Below, piece after piece: positions 24,659 through 35,517 of a DNA stretch of 64,000 nt (positions within the stretch are counted from its first letter, which is position 1; each line of letters starts with the position of its first letter). The position numbers and the translations under genes were made by a program. A model generated the notes under the pieces. That model worked only from the letters and a program-made list of their open reading frames with translations, did no database searches and had not been told where the DNA came from. Origin of the DNA: an uncultured Bacteroidia bacterium (GTDB lineage: Bacteria > Bacteroidota > Bacteroidia > Bacteroidales > CAJPTX01); contig CAUUCP010000001.1 of the NCBI GenBank assembly GCA_963543925.1, positions 73,296 to 137,295 on the forward strand. Direction: 5' to 3'.

Positions 24659-25663
24659 TTACTCTACTGGCTGCCCCCTGTATTGAGAAGACTGATAGGC
24701 ACCACGTTCCACCAATAGTTGTTTGAAGCGCCGCAATACCTCGTCGTTTCGGATTAACCCCCAGTTTGGTGCAAGAAGGTAACGTGGAGGAGCTTCTGCA
24801 CAAATGCGCTCTATGGCAATCGTGGAGGGTAACGATGTTACTATCCCTACCAAGAACTCTATATACTCTTCTAAACTCCAGAGTGAGAAGGCAGTGGGAT
24901 TGGCAAGCCACTCCTCAGCCATCTGCGTTCCCCGCAAGATTTGTAATTGATGAAACTTGATGGTCTGGATACCGCACGCCACCACACCGTTCAGGGTCTC
25001 GTACATCATCGCGTGGGTTTCGCCGGGTAATCCCCAAATCAGATGCACACCGACAGGTATCCCTACAGCACGTAGTCGCGCGATAGCCTTCAAAGATTGC
25101 TGCGCAGTATGTCCACGTCGGATACGTGTCAACGTGTTCTCCTGCAGCGTTTCGACCCCCAACTCTACAAACAAATAGGTGCGAGAAGAGAGCTCTTTTA
25201 GTAATGCAAGCACCTCTTCGGGTAAACAGTCTGGACGTGTCGCGATAACCAAGCCCTCTACCCGAGGCGTCGCCAAGGCTTCTTCGAAAAGAGCACGTAA
25301 CTGCGCAACACTCCCATAGGTATTCGTATAGGCTTGGAAATAAGCAAAATAACGACTTGCTCGTCGGTAACGATTCGCGTGAAAAGAGATCCCTTCCTCC
25401 AACTGTTGGCGAATAGACTTCTGCGGTGTGCAGTACGATGGGTTAAATGCCTCGTTATTGCAATAGGTACAGCCGCCTTCTTTCCGGTTTCCCGACACAC
25501 GATGTGGACACGAAAAGCCGGCATCCACCGCTAGCTTTTGTACACGAGCGCCCCATAAATTGCGCATATAGCGCGTATAGGTGTAAAGAGGTTGGTCGTC
25601 TCCCCAAGGGTATTGTACGTTTTGTGTAGAAGAGGAGGGGATCTCGTGTGCAGTGTGGGACAT
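24659..25663 (-). CDS. radical SAM protein, TIGR01212-like
   Basis: 334 aa with FSCPHRVSGNRKEGGCTYCNN, a CxxxxxxxxxxCxxC-type cluster context characteristic of this family. Confidence 0.7.
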   Translation of the reverse strand: MSHTAHEIPSSSTQNVQYPWGDDQPLYTYTRYMRNLWGARVQKLAVDAGFSCPHRVSGNRKEGGCTYCNNEAFNPSYCTPQKSIRQQLEEGISFHANRYRRASRYFAYFQAYTNTYGSVAQLRALFEEALATPRVEGLVIATRPDCLPEEVLALLKELSSRTYLFVELGVETLQENTLTRIRRGHTAQQSLKAIARLRAVGIPVGVHLIWGLPGETHAMMYETLNGVVACGIQTIKFHQLQILRGTQMAEEWLANPTAFSLWSLEEYIEFLVGIVTSLPSTIAIERICAEAPPRYLLAPNWGLIRNDEVLRRFKQLLVERGAYQSSQYRGQPVE

Positions 25664-25675
25664 GTCTCACGTTGC

Positions 25676-27631
25676 TTAAAGCGATAAAATGCGACACTCC
25701 GTACGACGATTCGCTGCGCGTCCCTCTGGGGTCGTATTTGACTGGGCAGGCTTTGTAGCACCAAACCCCTTTTTCGAAATACGTCCTGCGGGTACTCCAT
25801 GCGATACCAAATAGGTGACCACACTATTGGCACGTCGTTGCGAGAGCTGCAGGTTATAGCTCGCATCGCCTTGGTCGTCCGTGTGCCCTTCGATTTGGAT
25901 TCGCATTCCAGGACGATCCAACATTATCTTACACCAACGATCAAGCTCGGTAAAGGATTCGGGACGAAGTATATCGGAGTCGGTATCGAAGAACACATTT
26001 CGTAGGGTTAGGGTGACGCCCGTTTTCATCGGCATGAGTCCGATGGTTTGTCGGTAAGGCGTACTTGCAGAGTGAACTCCTAGGAAGTCGAAGTGCAGCG
26101 AGTTATCAAAATACCCCTCCTTGCTCGCAAAGAAGGCGTATTTCCGCCCCATTGGCAGGCAGACTAGGAAACGTCCCAATGGGTCTGAATCTTGGTGCAT
26201 TACGACCTCCTTCGTCTCTAAATCTATCAATTGACAGTGCGCGGCGATCGCGCTTCCGTTGGTTGCGTCTTGTACTTGCCCCAACAAGTAAGAGACTGGG
26301 TTCGGACGAAGACTATCGGGCATTTCGAAGGTATAAATATCCATACCTTGTCGCTCGTTGCGGGAAGAAGCGTAATACGCATTTTCTCCAGAGGCAGAGA
26401 TTACCATCCCCATATCTGTTGCTGGGGTATTGATCGGATAACCAAGGTTTTGAGGGGGACTCCAGACCGTATCGTTGGTGCGAGTCGTCTTGTACAGATC
26501 TAGGTCGCCGAGCCCTGGATGTCCATTACTTGAGAAGTAGAGGGTGCGATTGTCAAAGTGCATAAAGGGTGACTGCTCCTCGTCGGCAGTATTGATGGTT
26601 GGCCCCAAGTTAGTCACGTTGCCCCATACGCCGTCTTGGTAGTGTGCTACCCAGAGGTCATACCCTCCATACCCACCTGGACGATTACTAGTGAAGTAAA
26701 GCGAACGACCGTCAGGAGATATACTGGGCTGTTTGGTACTCATGCGTGGCATGTTGATCACTGGCGGTAAAGCTTGGGGAGTGCTCCAATTCCCGTCCTG
26801 CTGTAGATCCGCATAGTAGATCTTGCATGGGCCATCGCAGTACGAATAATACATACGTCGCCCATCTGCAGAGAGCGATTGCGACCCTTCGTTGTGTGGG
26901 GTTGTCACAGGGGCTCCGATATTGCGGGCTTCTTGCCAAGCGCTGTCCCGATTGACACGTTTAGAAAGATACAAGTCTTCCTGCATCGTCTTTCGGTGCG
27001 TCTGCCCTATTACGGGCAATAGACGTGTGATCGATAGCGTTTGTTCGTCAGCACTTATTGACGGAAAGTACTCGTCATTGGGTGTATTTACGGTGCTTGG
27101 CAACGGTTTTGGGGATATTGATACGGGGTGTTGTAGTGTCCACAAAGCAAAGATACAACTCTCACGCACCAGTTCCGCATTACGATAAGCGCGATCTTTA
27201 GGGGTAATCTTTTGTAGGTAACGCTCGGAGAGTTCACGCCCCTGCTCATAGCGTTGGCTATAGAAGGAGAGTCGTGCGGCATCAAACTGAGCGCGAGGGT
27301 AGAAAGTACTATCCAGGGCCAAGGCGCGTAGATTCTCCTCCAACGCGGCTTCATACTGCTGGATGTGCTCATAGATTTGTGCAGAAAGGAGGTAAGCTTC
27401 GATAAACTTCTCGTTGCGTCGTTTCACCTTGTCCAAGGTGTTGAGCGCCTCGGCAAAATATTCATAGTGGTATTCGCTGACCGCCTTCTCATAGAGCGCA
27501 ATTGCCTTCTTATCCTTGACAGAATATTCGCGAGTCTGTGCTACGCCACTACCGATAAAAAAAAACAGGCAGAGGTATAGACAAAATACACCTACTGCCC
27601 GAACGCCTGTGCTAGTTAATCCTTGTACCAT
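25676..27631 (-). CDS. OmpA-family outer-membrane protein with TPR and TolB-like (PD40) repeats
   Basis: Signal peptide, repeated '..DE.FPSISADG..LYF.S.R.GG.GG.DL' units, and a C-terminal OmpA domain (LSQRRANSV, NRRTECRI). Confidence 0.8.
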   Translation of the reverse strand: MVQGLTSTGVRAVGVFCLYLCLFFFIGSGVAQTREYSVKDKKAIALYEKAVSEYHYEYFAEALNTLDKVKRRNEKFIEAYLLSAQIYEHIQQYEAALEENLRALALDSTFYPRAQFDAARLSFYSQRYEQGRELSERYLQKITPKDRAYRNAELVRESCIFALWTLQHPVSISPKPLPSTVNTPNDEYFPSISADEQTLSITRLLPVIGQTHRKTMQEDLYLSKRVNRDSAWQEARNIGAPVTTPHNEGSQSLSADGRRMYYSYCDGPCKIYYADLQQDGNWSTPQALPPVINMPRMSTKQPSISPDGRSLYFTSNRPGGYGGYDLWVAHYQDGVWGNVTNLGPTINTADEEQSPFMHFDNRTLYFSSNGHPGLGDLDLYKTTRTNDTVWSPPQNLGYPINTPATDMGMVISASGENAYYASSRNERQGMDIYTFEMPDSLRPNPVSYLLGQVQDATNGSAIAAHCQLIDLETKEVVMHQDSDPLGRFLVCLPMGRKYAFFASKEGYFDNSLHFDFLGVHSASTPYRQTIGLMPMKTGVTLTLRNVFFDTDSDILRPESFTELDRWCKIMLDRPGMRIQIEGHTDDQGDASYNLQLSQRRANSVVTYLVSHGVPAGRISKKGFGATKPAQSNTTPEGRAANRRTECRILSL

Positions 27632-28541
27632 AGACCTGTATTATCTCCGACGCCATCTGATTGGCTCGTGCCAAGCTTTCTTCCAATCCTTCTTCCAACA
27701 AATAACCATAGAGAAAGCCTGCGGCAAACATATCTCCCGACCCTGTACTGTCGACACAACACACGGGTAAGCCAAGACTACAAGCCTCGTGATCGCCTTG
27801 TCGTGCCACAGCACCTCGTGCACCTAGTTTTACTACCACCACGTCGCAGAACTGGCTGAGTTCGCGTAGTCCCACATCAACATCCCGTCCCGTAAAGGCA
27901 CGAAGCTCTACCTCGTTCGCAAAAAGGATGTCTATTTGAGGAATCACACGACCGAGAAGTTCGCGATTCATATCCACGATATCATCATTTGAGAGGTCTA
28001 AGGATACCGTCAGGTGACAACGTTCCGCTAAATCAAGCGCTCGGAGAAAAAGGTCATGGTTGGGCACCGTATACCCCTCGAGGTGTAGGTGGTCATACCC
28101 CACAAAGTCTTCTTCTAACAAGTCCGAAGCGTTGAGAGTCCCAGAGGCTCCAAGAAACGTCACAAGCGTACGTTCAGAATCTCTTGATACGAAGGCAAGC
28201 ACCTCACCCGTACGAGCGCGACTATAACGAAGACGAGGCTGCACCTTCGATGTGTGCAAGGCTGCTAAAACACGCTCTCCCATCGCATCGTGCCCCACCT
28301 TTCCGATAAAGCCCGTTTGTAAACCAAGGCTCGCTATACCGCGAATCGCATTGCATGCACTTCCACCGACACTACGGATGATCTCGGAACTACTCACCAC
28401 GCGATGCATCTCCTCAAGCATGTCAAGGGGTACTACCTGCATGCCGCCTTTTTCAAGCTTCCACGTTTGCAACAAGCCTTCGTCGGAAAGCGGGACTATG
28501 CTGTCCATCAGTGCATTCCCTAACCCTAACACGCGAGGCAT
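27612..28541 (-). CDS. PfkB-family carbohydrate/nucleoside kinase
   Basis: 309 aa with a C-terminal DSTGSGDMFAAGFLYG motif (PfkB signature 2) and an N-terminal GGSACNA. Confidence 0.75.
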   Translation of the reverse strand: MPRVLGLGNALMDSIVPLSDEGLLQTWKLEKGGMQVVPLDMLEEMHRVVSSSEIIRSVGGSACNAIRGIASLGLQTGFIGKVGHDAMGERVLAALHTSKVQPRLRYSRARTGEVLAFVSRDSERTLVTFLGASGTLNASDLLEEDFVGYDHLHLEGYTVPNHDLFLRALDLAERCHLTVSLDLSNDDIVDMNRELLGRVIPQIDILFANEVELRAFTGRDVDVGLRELSQFCDVVVVKLGARGAVARQGDHEACSLGLPVCCVDSTGSGDMFAAGFLYGYLLEEGLEESLARANQMASEIIQVYGTRIN

Positions 28542-28576
28542 TTTGGTCTACAGAAAAAGATTGTTGGGTAATAAGA

Positions 28577-29569
28577 TTAACGTTGCTCGCCAACCTGGAA
28601 GGTATCAATGTGGCGGCTTCGCTTGTCGGGCAAAACATCATTCACAGCCACCAAGATGCCCGTTTCCTCTACATCGCCAAAGTCATGATTTATCGCAGTC
28701 CCAAACACCTTGGACGTAGGACTCAGACTGATGTAGGACTTGATAAGGGGAGGAATACGTTCTCCAAACTTCCCTAGCTCTCGTAGCAGGATTTCAAAGT
28801 CATTGCGGTAATCCCCGCCCACAAAGACGCGCTGTTCCATATCTGGGTCTAGATGCAACTCTAGGGGGTGAATTGGCGTCACAAGCCCCTCAGAGTCTCG
28901 GAAATAGCGTTGGAGAAAGACTTGTAGTAAGTTTCGAGCTTCCCAGTTATAGGTCGGGTACATCGTCACTTTACCAAAAAAATACTTGATCTCAGGGTTC
29001 AAGACCAACAGCGCTCCCAACCCATCCCATAAATTATCCAAGACGTAAAGCCCCTTTCGAGCATCACGCGTTGACTGGAACTCCGTCTGTACAAAAGAAC
29101 GACCTAACTCGATCGTATACGGGAGATACTCTTTTTGAAAACGTTCGGAGAAGTGAAAGAGCTCACCTGTAGCTAAATGGCTAGCATAACGCCCATCCTT
29201 CGTAGGAATGATGTAACGATACCCGCCTAAGATGAGCTGCGACTCTGGATTCCAGACTATCAGTTGCGTATAGGGAAACTCCCCACAGTCATAGGCATCA
29301 ATATCCAATTCTTTTCCTGTACCTCCTCCTGCGGCGCGGAAGGTCTCTTCTCGCAGTCGCCCTAGTTCGCGCATAGTATTGGGGCATTCCTCGGCTCTGA
29401 AATGATAAATCTCATTGCCTCCATTATTCGCGTGGCGGAGGAAATGACCATCGTGTAACTCGGCTTCAATAACGGAAGCCGGGATCACGTCGTGACTCAC
29501 CTCTTGTTGAAAGGTGTGGCTTTCGGTATTATTCTCTAATTCGTTCATCTGTCTCGTTAACGCTTGCAA
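28577..29569 (-). CDS. hemolysin-like GNAT N-acyltransferase (OlsB/GlsB-type lipoamino-acid synthase family)
   Basis: 330 aa. The stretch LGRLREETFRAAGGGTGKELDIDAYD...IELGRSFV is typical of the OlsB-like acyltransferase family. Confidence 0.55.
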   Translation of the reverse strand: MQALTRQMNELENNTESHTFQQEVSHDVIPASVIEAELHDGHFLRHANNGGNEIYHFRAEECPNTMRELGRLREETFRAAGGGTGKELDIDAYDCGEFPYTQLIVWNPESQLILGGYRYIIPTKDGRYASHLATGELFHFSERFQKEYLPYTIELGRSFVQTEFQSTRDARKGLYVLDNLWDGLGALLVLNPEIKYFFGKVTMYPTYNWEARNLLQVFLQRYFRDSEGLVTPIHPLELHLDPDMEQRVFVGGDYRNDFEILLRELGKFGERIPPLIKSYISLSPTSKVFGTAINHDFGDVEETGILVAVNDVLPDKRSRHIDTFQVGEQR

Positions 29570-31461
29570 TGATCCGATATGACGCGGTAAGCTCGATCCA
29601 AACCTAATTGTCCTGCAAGGCTCAGGTCTAAGCAGGCGGGGTTGTTTTTCCCTTGCAAAATACGAACTAACCCACGATTGAAAAGTGCTTCGGCAAAGTG
29701 AGCCTCTAAATCAATGGCACGATTGAACGCCTCTTCTGCACTAGTGAGGTCGCGAGAAAGGTAGTGCGCTATCCCTAAACTGTAGTAAAGGTATGGACTT
29801 TCACCAAATTCACTCGAGAGCGTCTTTAATTCTTGAATCGGGTGCGAATAATCTGGGGGCAATGGAGATTCGTTTAACGAAGTCCCAAGAGGCAAAAGCG
29901 GCTTGGAGACCGTGGGTGCAAAGCGTATCTGAGAAATCTCCGTGGTAGCGCGAACCACACGTCCCAAAGGGTGCAAAGGAGAATGGAGGGGAATAGAGTC
30001 TAATAAAGCCAATGCTGCTTCATAATCATGCGCCTCGGCGAGCGAAATACTACGAATGAGGTTTACCGTATGAACATTATTTACTGGAGGCAAGAGCGAC
30101 AAGTCTACATGTCGTGCTGTGTCACTAGAAGGTACGACAAAGGCAAAGAACGGTGCTCCCGCTACACTATCTGCACGTTGTACAGGACGCCACTCTTGGT
30201 AGATTTGTTCCTGACCGACGTGGATGCTCGCCAACGGGAGCAATTCATCATAGTCGCGTAAAAAGGCTGGGACGACTAAATCCCCAGGCGTGGTAAAGTC
30301 ATTTTCAAAGGCTATAAAGCGAGAGAAATTTGCTGCGGTATCACTCCACTTGTCCGTCTGCTTTGCAGCGACATAGCGCGCTACAATCTGTTGTGCAGAG
30401 TCATAATCGCAGCGCGCACCAGCGCGATCTCCTAATTTCAAACGCACCGTCGCACGGACATTGTAGGCTCGGGCAAATTGTGGATAAAGAGCAATTGCAT
30501 AGGAAAGAGCATCGGCAGCCTCACGATAACGCTTTGCCTCGGCATACGTCAGCCCCGCATTATAGCGGATAAAGACGTTGCTGGGGGAAAGACGCGCTGC
30601 AGACTCGTAATCTTTTAGTGCCGCACTATACTCCCCTTTCGCGGCATACATTATCGCGCGATTGTAGTAGGCTAACGAGCTTTTTGGCGCTGCCGTTATC
30701 GCCTCTGATATGGTCGCCAACGCCTGCTTCTCTCGTTTTAGATCAAACTCTATGAGCGCTTTGATCAGGAGCGCCTGTCCTGATTTCGGAGAGAGTTCCA
30801 ATGCCTTGTCCAAGCTCTCTAGAGCTAACATATGCTTTTGTTGACCATAAAAGACACGCGCTATATTGATATGTGGACCAGAAGAATAAGGGTTCGTCTG
30901 TGTCGCTTGCCGATAATCCTGCAGTGCAGTTAGGGTGTCTCCCTTCAATAAATAGGCTGTCCCACGGTTCAGGCGCGCATCCAAGTGATTAGGGGCTTGT
31001 TTCAGGGTCGCCGTGAAGTCATCAATAGCCTCTGGGTATTCTTCCAACAGGAAGTGAGTCACCCCCCGCATATAACGGATATCACGCTCGTTGGGACGCA
31101 ATTCCGCCGCCAAACGAATATCTACCATAGCCGCCACATGCTCGTTTAACTGATTGCGTACTGCCGCACGCAAAACGAGAGCCTCGGTCATAAAAGGCTT
31201 TCGCATCAAGAGGTTATCCAAATCGAGTTGGGCGCCTCGCCAGTCATCTAACTGATATTTACATAACGCGCGAAGATAGAGAGCGATCTCATCCTCTGTC
31301 TGATATTCTAGAAATACGGAAATTGCACCCACCGCTCCACTATAATCTCCTCGCTCATAGAGCTTTTGCGTCTTTGCATAAAAATAGTAACGGTTTAGCT
31401 GACCCTGAGCTGTAAATACCGTTAGGAGGAATAAGGCGAATAGCAGAAGTTTGCGAAACAC
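29557..31461 (-). CDS. secreted TPR-repeat protein
   Basis: Signal peptide MFRKLLLFALFLLTVFTAQG followed by many 34-aa TPR-like units (A..Y..A...P....A...RG...). Confidence 0.75.
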   Translation of the reverse strand: MFRKLLLFALFLLTVFTAQGQLNRYYFYAKTQKLYERGDYSGAVGAISVFLEYQTEDEIALYLRALCKYQLDDWRGAQLDLDNLLMRKPFMTEALVLRAAVRNQLNEHVAAMVDIRLAAELRPNERDIRYMRGVTHFLLEEYPEAIDDFTATLKQAPNHLDARLNRGTAYLLKGDTLTALQDYRQATQTNPYSSGPHINIARVFYGQQKHMLALESLDKALELSPKSGQALLIKALIEFDLKREKQALATISEAITAAPKSSLAYYNRAIMYAAKGEYSAALKDYESAARLSPSNVFIRYNAGLTYAEAKRYREAADALSYAIALYPQFARAYNVRATVRLKLGDRAGARCDYDSAQQIVARYVAAKQTDKWSDTAANFSRFIAFENDFTTPGDLVVPAFLRDYDELLPLASIHVGQEQIYQEWRPVQRADSVAGAPFFAFVVPSSDTARHVDLSLLPPVNNVHTVNLIRSISLAEAHDYEAALALLDSIPLHSPLHPLGRVVRATTEISQIRFAPTVSKPLLPLGTSLNESPLPPDYSHPIQELKTLSSEFGESPYLYYSLGIAHYLSRDLTSAEEAFNRAIDLEAHFAEALFNRGLVRILQGKNNPACLDLSLAGQLGLDRAYRVISDHCKR

Positions 31462-31488
31462 GACTAGCGCGAGATTTGTGAAAACGAT

Positions 31489-33822
31489 TTATTTCTTATC
31501 CAACCACTCGTACGAAGAGGGAATATCTAGGCGATAAACACGTTGCACACCCACAAGACGGTAGAGAGCATCGGAGAGCATTTTGAGCTGGTCTATATGC
31601 ATCAACGAAAAGGAGATTACCCCTTGGAAATACTCGCCATCGCTCCGAAGGTCGGCGCGCGTGATATTGATATCATTAAATCGCTCGCCAAATACCCCAA
31701 AGATGTCCTTTAACAGATTAGTACGGTCAAGTCCCCGTATGTAGATATGGGTCGGATAGGGAACTCCAGTAGACTGTGACCAGTCGAAATCTTTCCGAAC
31801 AAGCTTGCCATACTGTGAAAGGAAACGATGTGCTTCGGAACAATTGGCCTTGTGCACTCGAACCACATTTTCACCCGCATCAACATCTAGAACACCAATA
31901 ACATCTGGATCTCCTGGCAATGCACAACAACACGGCGAGGTGATCAGACGATACTGTGTATTATGTGCCGTAGGAGCAACCTGCTCGTCCTGTTGCACAG
32001 GCACTAGACAAGATGAACGATGTAAAATCTTTACACGAATAAAATCGGTGGTCTGTAACCAACGACGGTGTCGTGCTTTGCGTCGTAATGCACGACGAAC
32101 TTTTCTAGCAAGGAGTTGTGGATTGATTACCCCACTTACTAACCCTAAACACAACTCATCTACCGTCTGTACATAAAAGCTACTCAACAACGAATCTATA
32201 ATCTCCTTCGAATACTCCTCTTCCAGACGATTAAATATCTCATTAAGGCGCACTCTTCCCTTTTCTATAAGGAGCTTTTTACGAGATGCTCTCGCCTGAT
32301 CTATAGAGTTACGCGCCAATGGAGAGTACACATAATCCGTCCAAGCTTTAGTCGGGTACTGCGAAGGTGCCGTAATAATCTCAATTTCATCCCCCGCGCG
32401 CAGCTTATAGGCTAGACTCACTAAGATACCATTCACGCGCGCAGCTATGGCGCGATTCCCTATGTTCTTGTCCTTGAGGTAGGCAAAATCTAACACGTAA
32501 GAGCCATGGGGAAGATAAAAAGGTTCCGAGTGCCGCGAACGCCCTTCTTCCGACTCCGTATAAATCCGCTCATAGACGGCCATCCGATTCTTAAACAAGT
32601 CCGTCGAAAGGTGCGCCATAAAGGCTGATGAGGACATCTCATAGCTCGCACTAATCGTGGAGAGCATACGTCGTACCTCGCTCAGATCCGCGCCATTTTG
32701 AAAGTCCTGTTCCTTCTTATAAAGTGCATGCGAGGCACCGCCATGTTCTGCATAGTCATCCATACGTCGGGTACGAATCTGTACCTCGACCCACTGCCCA
32801 TTTTTGTCTAATAGCGTACAGTGGAGTGCCTCATAGCCATTCACCTTCGGTGTCGAAACCCAGTCGCGTGTCCGTTCGCGTAACGGAAGAAAATGCTCGG
32901 TCAGGAGTATATAAATAAACCAACACTGTGTCTTTTCTGGAATATCTGGGCGTGGTTCAAAAATAATTCGTAGGGCGACCAGATCGTAAATATCCTCAAA
33001 TGGGATATGTTTCTTGTCGATCTTTTTGAACGTTGAGTAAGGCGATTTCTCGCGAGAAGTTAACTCATACTTCAATTGCGTCGGAGCTAGAATCCGTGTG
33101 ATACGCTCTTTCATCTCACGGTGGACGCGAGAAAGGCGATCGCGATGAAGTGCAAAGAGCTTCTCAATATTGGCGTATTCTGCTGGATTAAGGTTCTTAA
33201 AGCTCAAATCCTCAAGCTCGCTCTTTATAGTATATAACCCGAGCCGGTCGGCAATTGGAACGTAAAATTGCAAGGTCTCACTTGCTATCTTCTGTAACTT
33301 ATGCTTTTCTTGGAAACCAAGGGTCTGCATATTATGCAGACGATCCGCAAGCTTAACGAGTATTATGCGCGGATTGTCATCCATCGTCTGTGTCAACAGA
33401 CGACGATAATTGGCAACCTGTTCACTATCATCAAGCTTTGTGACGTGCTTGAATTTGGTTAGTCCATCCACGATTTGCGCTAGCGCTGGACGCTCTGGAA
33501 AAGCGTTTTGGATGTCTTGGATAGATACCTCCGAGTCTTCCACTACATCATGGAGTAAGGCTGCTAAAATCACATCAATATCATAAGGGCAAATTTCCGA
33601 GGCATACTGCGCCACGAAAAGTGGATGAATGATATACGGTTCTTTCGACTTACGTCGCTGTGGTTTATGCGCCTCAAAGGCTATCTCATAAGCGCGACGA
33701 ACTAGCGCCTCTCCATTCTTTACTTTAGATAACCAGCTAGCATTTCGCGCCAGTAAATCCTCAAATAACTTCGGCACATCTTCATCCGTATAGGGCTTAT
33801 TCTCGACTTTTGGCTTTTCCAT
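31489..33822 (-). CDS. relA: bifunctional (p)ppGpp synthetase/hydrolase (RelA/SpoT homologue)
   Basis: 777 aa with an HD domain (HPLFVAQY...LHDVVED), a synthetase core (YEALHCTL...VEVQIRT), and TGS and ACT-like C-terminal regions. Confidence 0.85.
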   Translation of the reverse strand: MEKPKVENKPYTDEDVPKLFEDLLARNASWLSKVKNGEALVRRAYEIAFEAHKPQRRKSKEPYIIHPLFVAQYASEICPYDIDVILAALLHDVVEDSEVSIQDIQNAFPERPALAQIVDGLTKFKHVTKLDDSEQVANYRRLLTQTMDDNPRIILVKLADRLHNMQTLGFQEKHKLQKIASETLQFYVPIADRLGLYTIKSELEDLSFKNLNPAEYANIEKLFALHRDRLSRVHREMKERITRILAPTQLKYELTSREKSPYSTFKKIDKKHIPFEDIYDLVALRIIFEPRPDIPEKTQCWFIYILLTEHFLPLRERTRDWVSTPKVNGYEALHCTLLDKNGQWVEVQIRTRRMDDYAEHGGASHALYKKEQDFQNGADLSEVRRMLSTISASYEMSSSAFMAHLSTDLFKNRMAVYERIYTESEEGRSRHSEPFYLPHGSYVLDFAYLKDKNIGNRAIAARVNGILVSLAYKLRAGDEIEIITAPSQYPTKAWTDYVYSPLARNSIDQARASRKKLLIEKGRVRLNEIFNRLEEEYSKEIIDSLLSSFYVQTVDELCLGLVSGVINPQLLARKVRRALRRKARHRRWLQTTDFIRVKILHRSSCLVPVQQDEQVAPTAHNTQYRLITSPCCCALPGDPDVIGVLDVDAGENVVRVHKANCSEAHRFLSQYGKLVRKDFDWSQSTGVPYPTHIYIRGLDRTNLLKDIFGVFGERFNDINITRADLRSDGEYFQGVISFSLMHIDQLKMLSDALYRLVGVQRVYRLDIPSSYEWLDKK

Positions 33823-33833
33823 CTTAGGACGGA

Positions 33834-35438
33834 TTAACGCGTTGGATAAATAACCATAAACGACCCCGTACGCACCTTCGTACCCCTATCCTTCATAGAA
33901 AACTCTAGACGATAGATATATGCCCCCTCTGGAGCATACGAGCCATCTCGCAGACGTCCATTCCAACCTTCGTTTACCCCCTGAAAAATCATCTCGCCAC
34001 TGCGGTTGTAAATGTACATGACATACTGTGCATTGTAGGTACTCAGGGGGGCAAATACGTTGCGTGCTAATTTATTACCAGTTGCGGCACTTTCTGTGGG
34101 GGAGATTGCTGTTGGGATTACTATCTCTGACTCTATTTGCGAGCACTGTGGTGCTGAGATACTCACACGTTTCGTACTATTGTCAGAAGTAAGCTCATAG
34201 GCCGTTACTCGGTAACAAAAATTGTTCAGCACGCCTTGCCCAGAAAACTCGGACAAATCATCAACCGTTTCCAAGGGCTCTTGTTGCACGGTCGCTATTT
34301 CTAGCTCTTCCGTCCCGTTCGTCTTCGTAATAATCCGGTGAACACGATACTCTGCCCGACTCCCTTCGCTGATCTCTAGCTTGTCCCACGAGATATGGTT
34401 CTTATTACCTCGCGTAGAAATTCGAGCTATGATACTGTTCGATTTTTGAGAACGATCTACCTCGGCATCACATTCATCCATGGCAACTATCGAGTAGAAA
34501 CGTTTCTTCCCTTGGATTTGATCGGGGGTCACCGAATCTATAAGCTCGCGTGTATTGGGGTCGGTAAAACGTTCGATGTCAATAGACTCTAGCTTTCCTT
34601 CCCCTTCGTCGAAGACATTTTGCCGCACCAGACGGAAATAGGCGGGGGTCGTATTGAGCTTCATTTTTAATGTCAAGCGGTTCTTCCGCGGAGAACTAAC
34701 GATAGAGTCTAGAAGAATAGACGCTGGAATGTATTGCTTTCGGGTCTGTACTTCCCGAAGATTAGAACGCGTCACACGCTCACTACCTTTCTGACGAGCC
34801 TCTAGAAAAATATACCAACTTTTGTCCTGTCCCGAATCAAATTCGTAATCCCATTTGTCTCCCGCCAGCGTGATAAATTCTGGAATGTTTGTCCATGACG
34901 GACGATCGCCCGCGTGAATCACATAGTTCGAAATGTCGTTATTCCACCCCTCATACTGTGTCCAAGAGAGCTTAATTTTATTACGACACGGGATATACTC
35001 TACTTTTAGAAAAAGGGTGACATGCGGATCTGTTAGGACACTCGGTTTTTCTTCATCAGGACCCTTACTCGCCATTACATAACGTACAATTCCCAGCTTT
35101 GCATTGGCATCATCATCTGTCCAATTGAATTGGGAAGGCGGAAGCGTTGCTACCAGATGGTTCACCCAAGAGCCGTTTTCCATTTCACTCCGATAAATAA
35201 GATACCCCATAGGGTCTGGATTGTTGGCACTCGGCTTTGGTGCTTCCCAAGAAAGCATAGTCCGCCCCGTGTTGGGCTCTACAGTAACAAGATGAAAAGT
35301 AGGAGGAAGAGGCTGATCTTGCCAAAGTGGATTCCCATTCCCTCCCTGCGCTGCCACGCGTCCGCTGGCTACGAAAAGTAAGAGAATCAATAGTGTGATA
35401 CACCCAAGGGTGGAATAGAGCTTCAAGACCTTGTTCAT
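33834..35438 (-). CDS. secreted FN3-like repeat protein with T9SS type-B (gliding-motility-associated) C-terminal sorting domain
   Basis: Start trimmed to MNKVLKLYSTLGCITLLILLLFVASGRVAAQ. The C-terminus NVFAP...YVMYIYNRSGEMIFQG...WNGR...G.YIYRLEF matches the type-B CTD pattern. Confidence 0.65.
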   Translation of the reverse strand: MNKVLKLYSTLGCITLLILLLFVASGRVAAQGGNGNPLWQDQPLPPTFHLVTVEPNTGRTMLSWEAPKPSANNPDPMGYLIYRSEMENGSWVNHLVATLPPSQFNWTDDDANAKLGIVRYVMASKGPDEEKPSVLTDPHVTLFLKVEYIPCRNKIKLSWTQYEGWNNDISNYVIHAGDRPSWTNIPEFITLAGDKWDYEFDSGQDKSWYIFLEARQKGSERVTRSNLREVQTRKQYIPASILLDSIVSSPRKNRLTLKMKLNTTPAYFRLVRQNVFDEGEGKLESIDIERFTDPNTRELIDSVTPDQIQGKKRFYSIVAMDECDAEVDRSQKSNSIIARISTRGNKNHISWDKLEISEGSRAEYRVHRIITKTNGTEELEIATVQQEPLETVDDLSEFSGQGVLNNFCYRVTAYELTSDNSTKRVSISAPQCSQIESEIVIPTAISPTESAATGNKLARNVFAPLSTYNAQYVMYIYNRSGEMIFQGVNEGWNGRLRDGSYAPEGAYIYRLEFSMKDRGTKVRTGSFMVIYPTR

Positions 35439-35517
35439 TGACCTTTGTTTATCCAAGACGTCCCTAAAGAGAAAACGGCAGTCTCTTGGTAGATGTTGCA
35501 TATCTTCTAGATACCGC

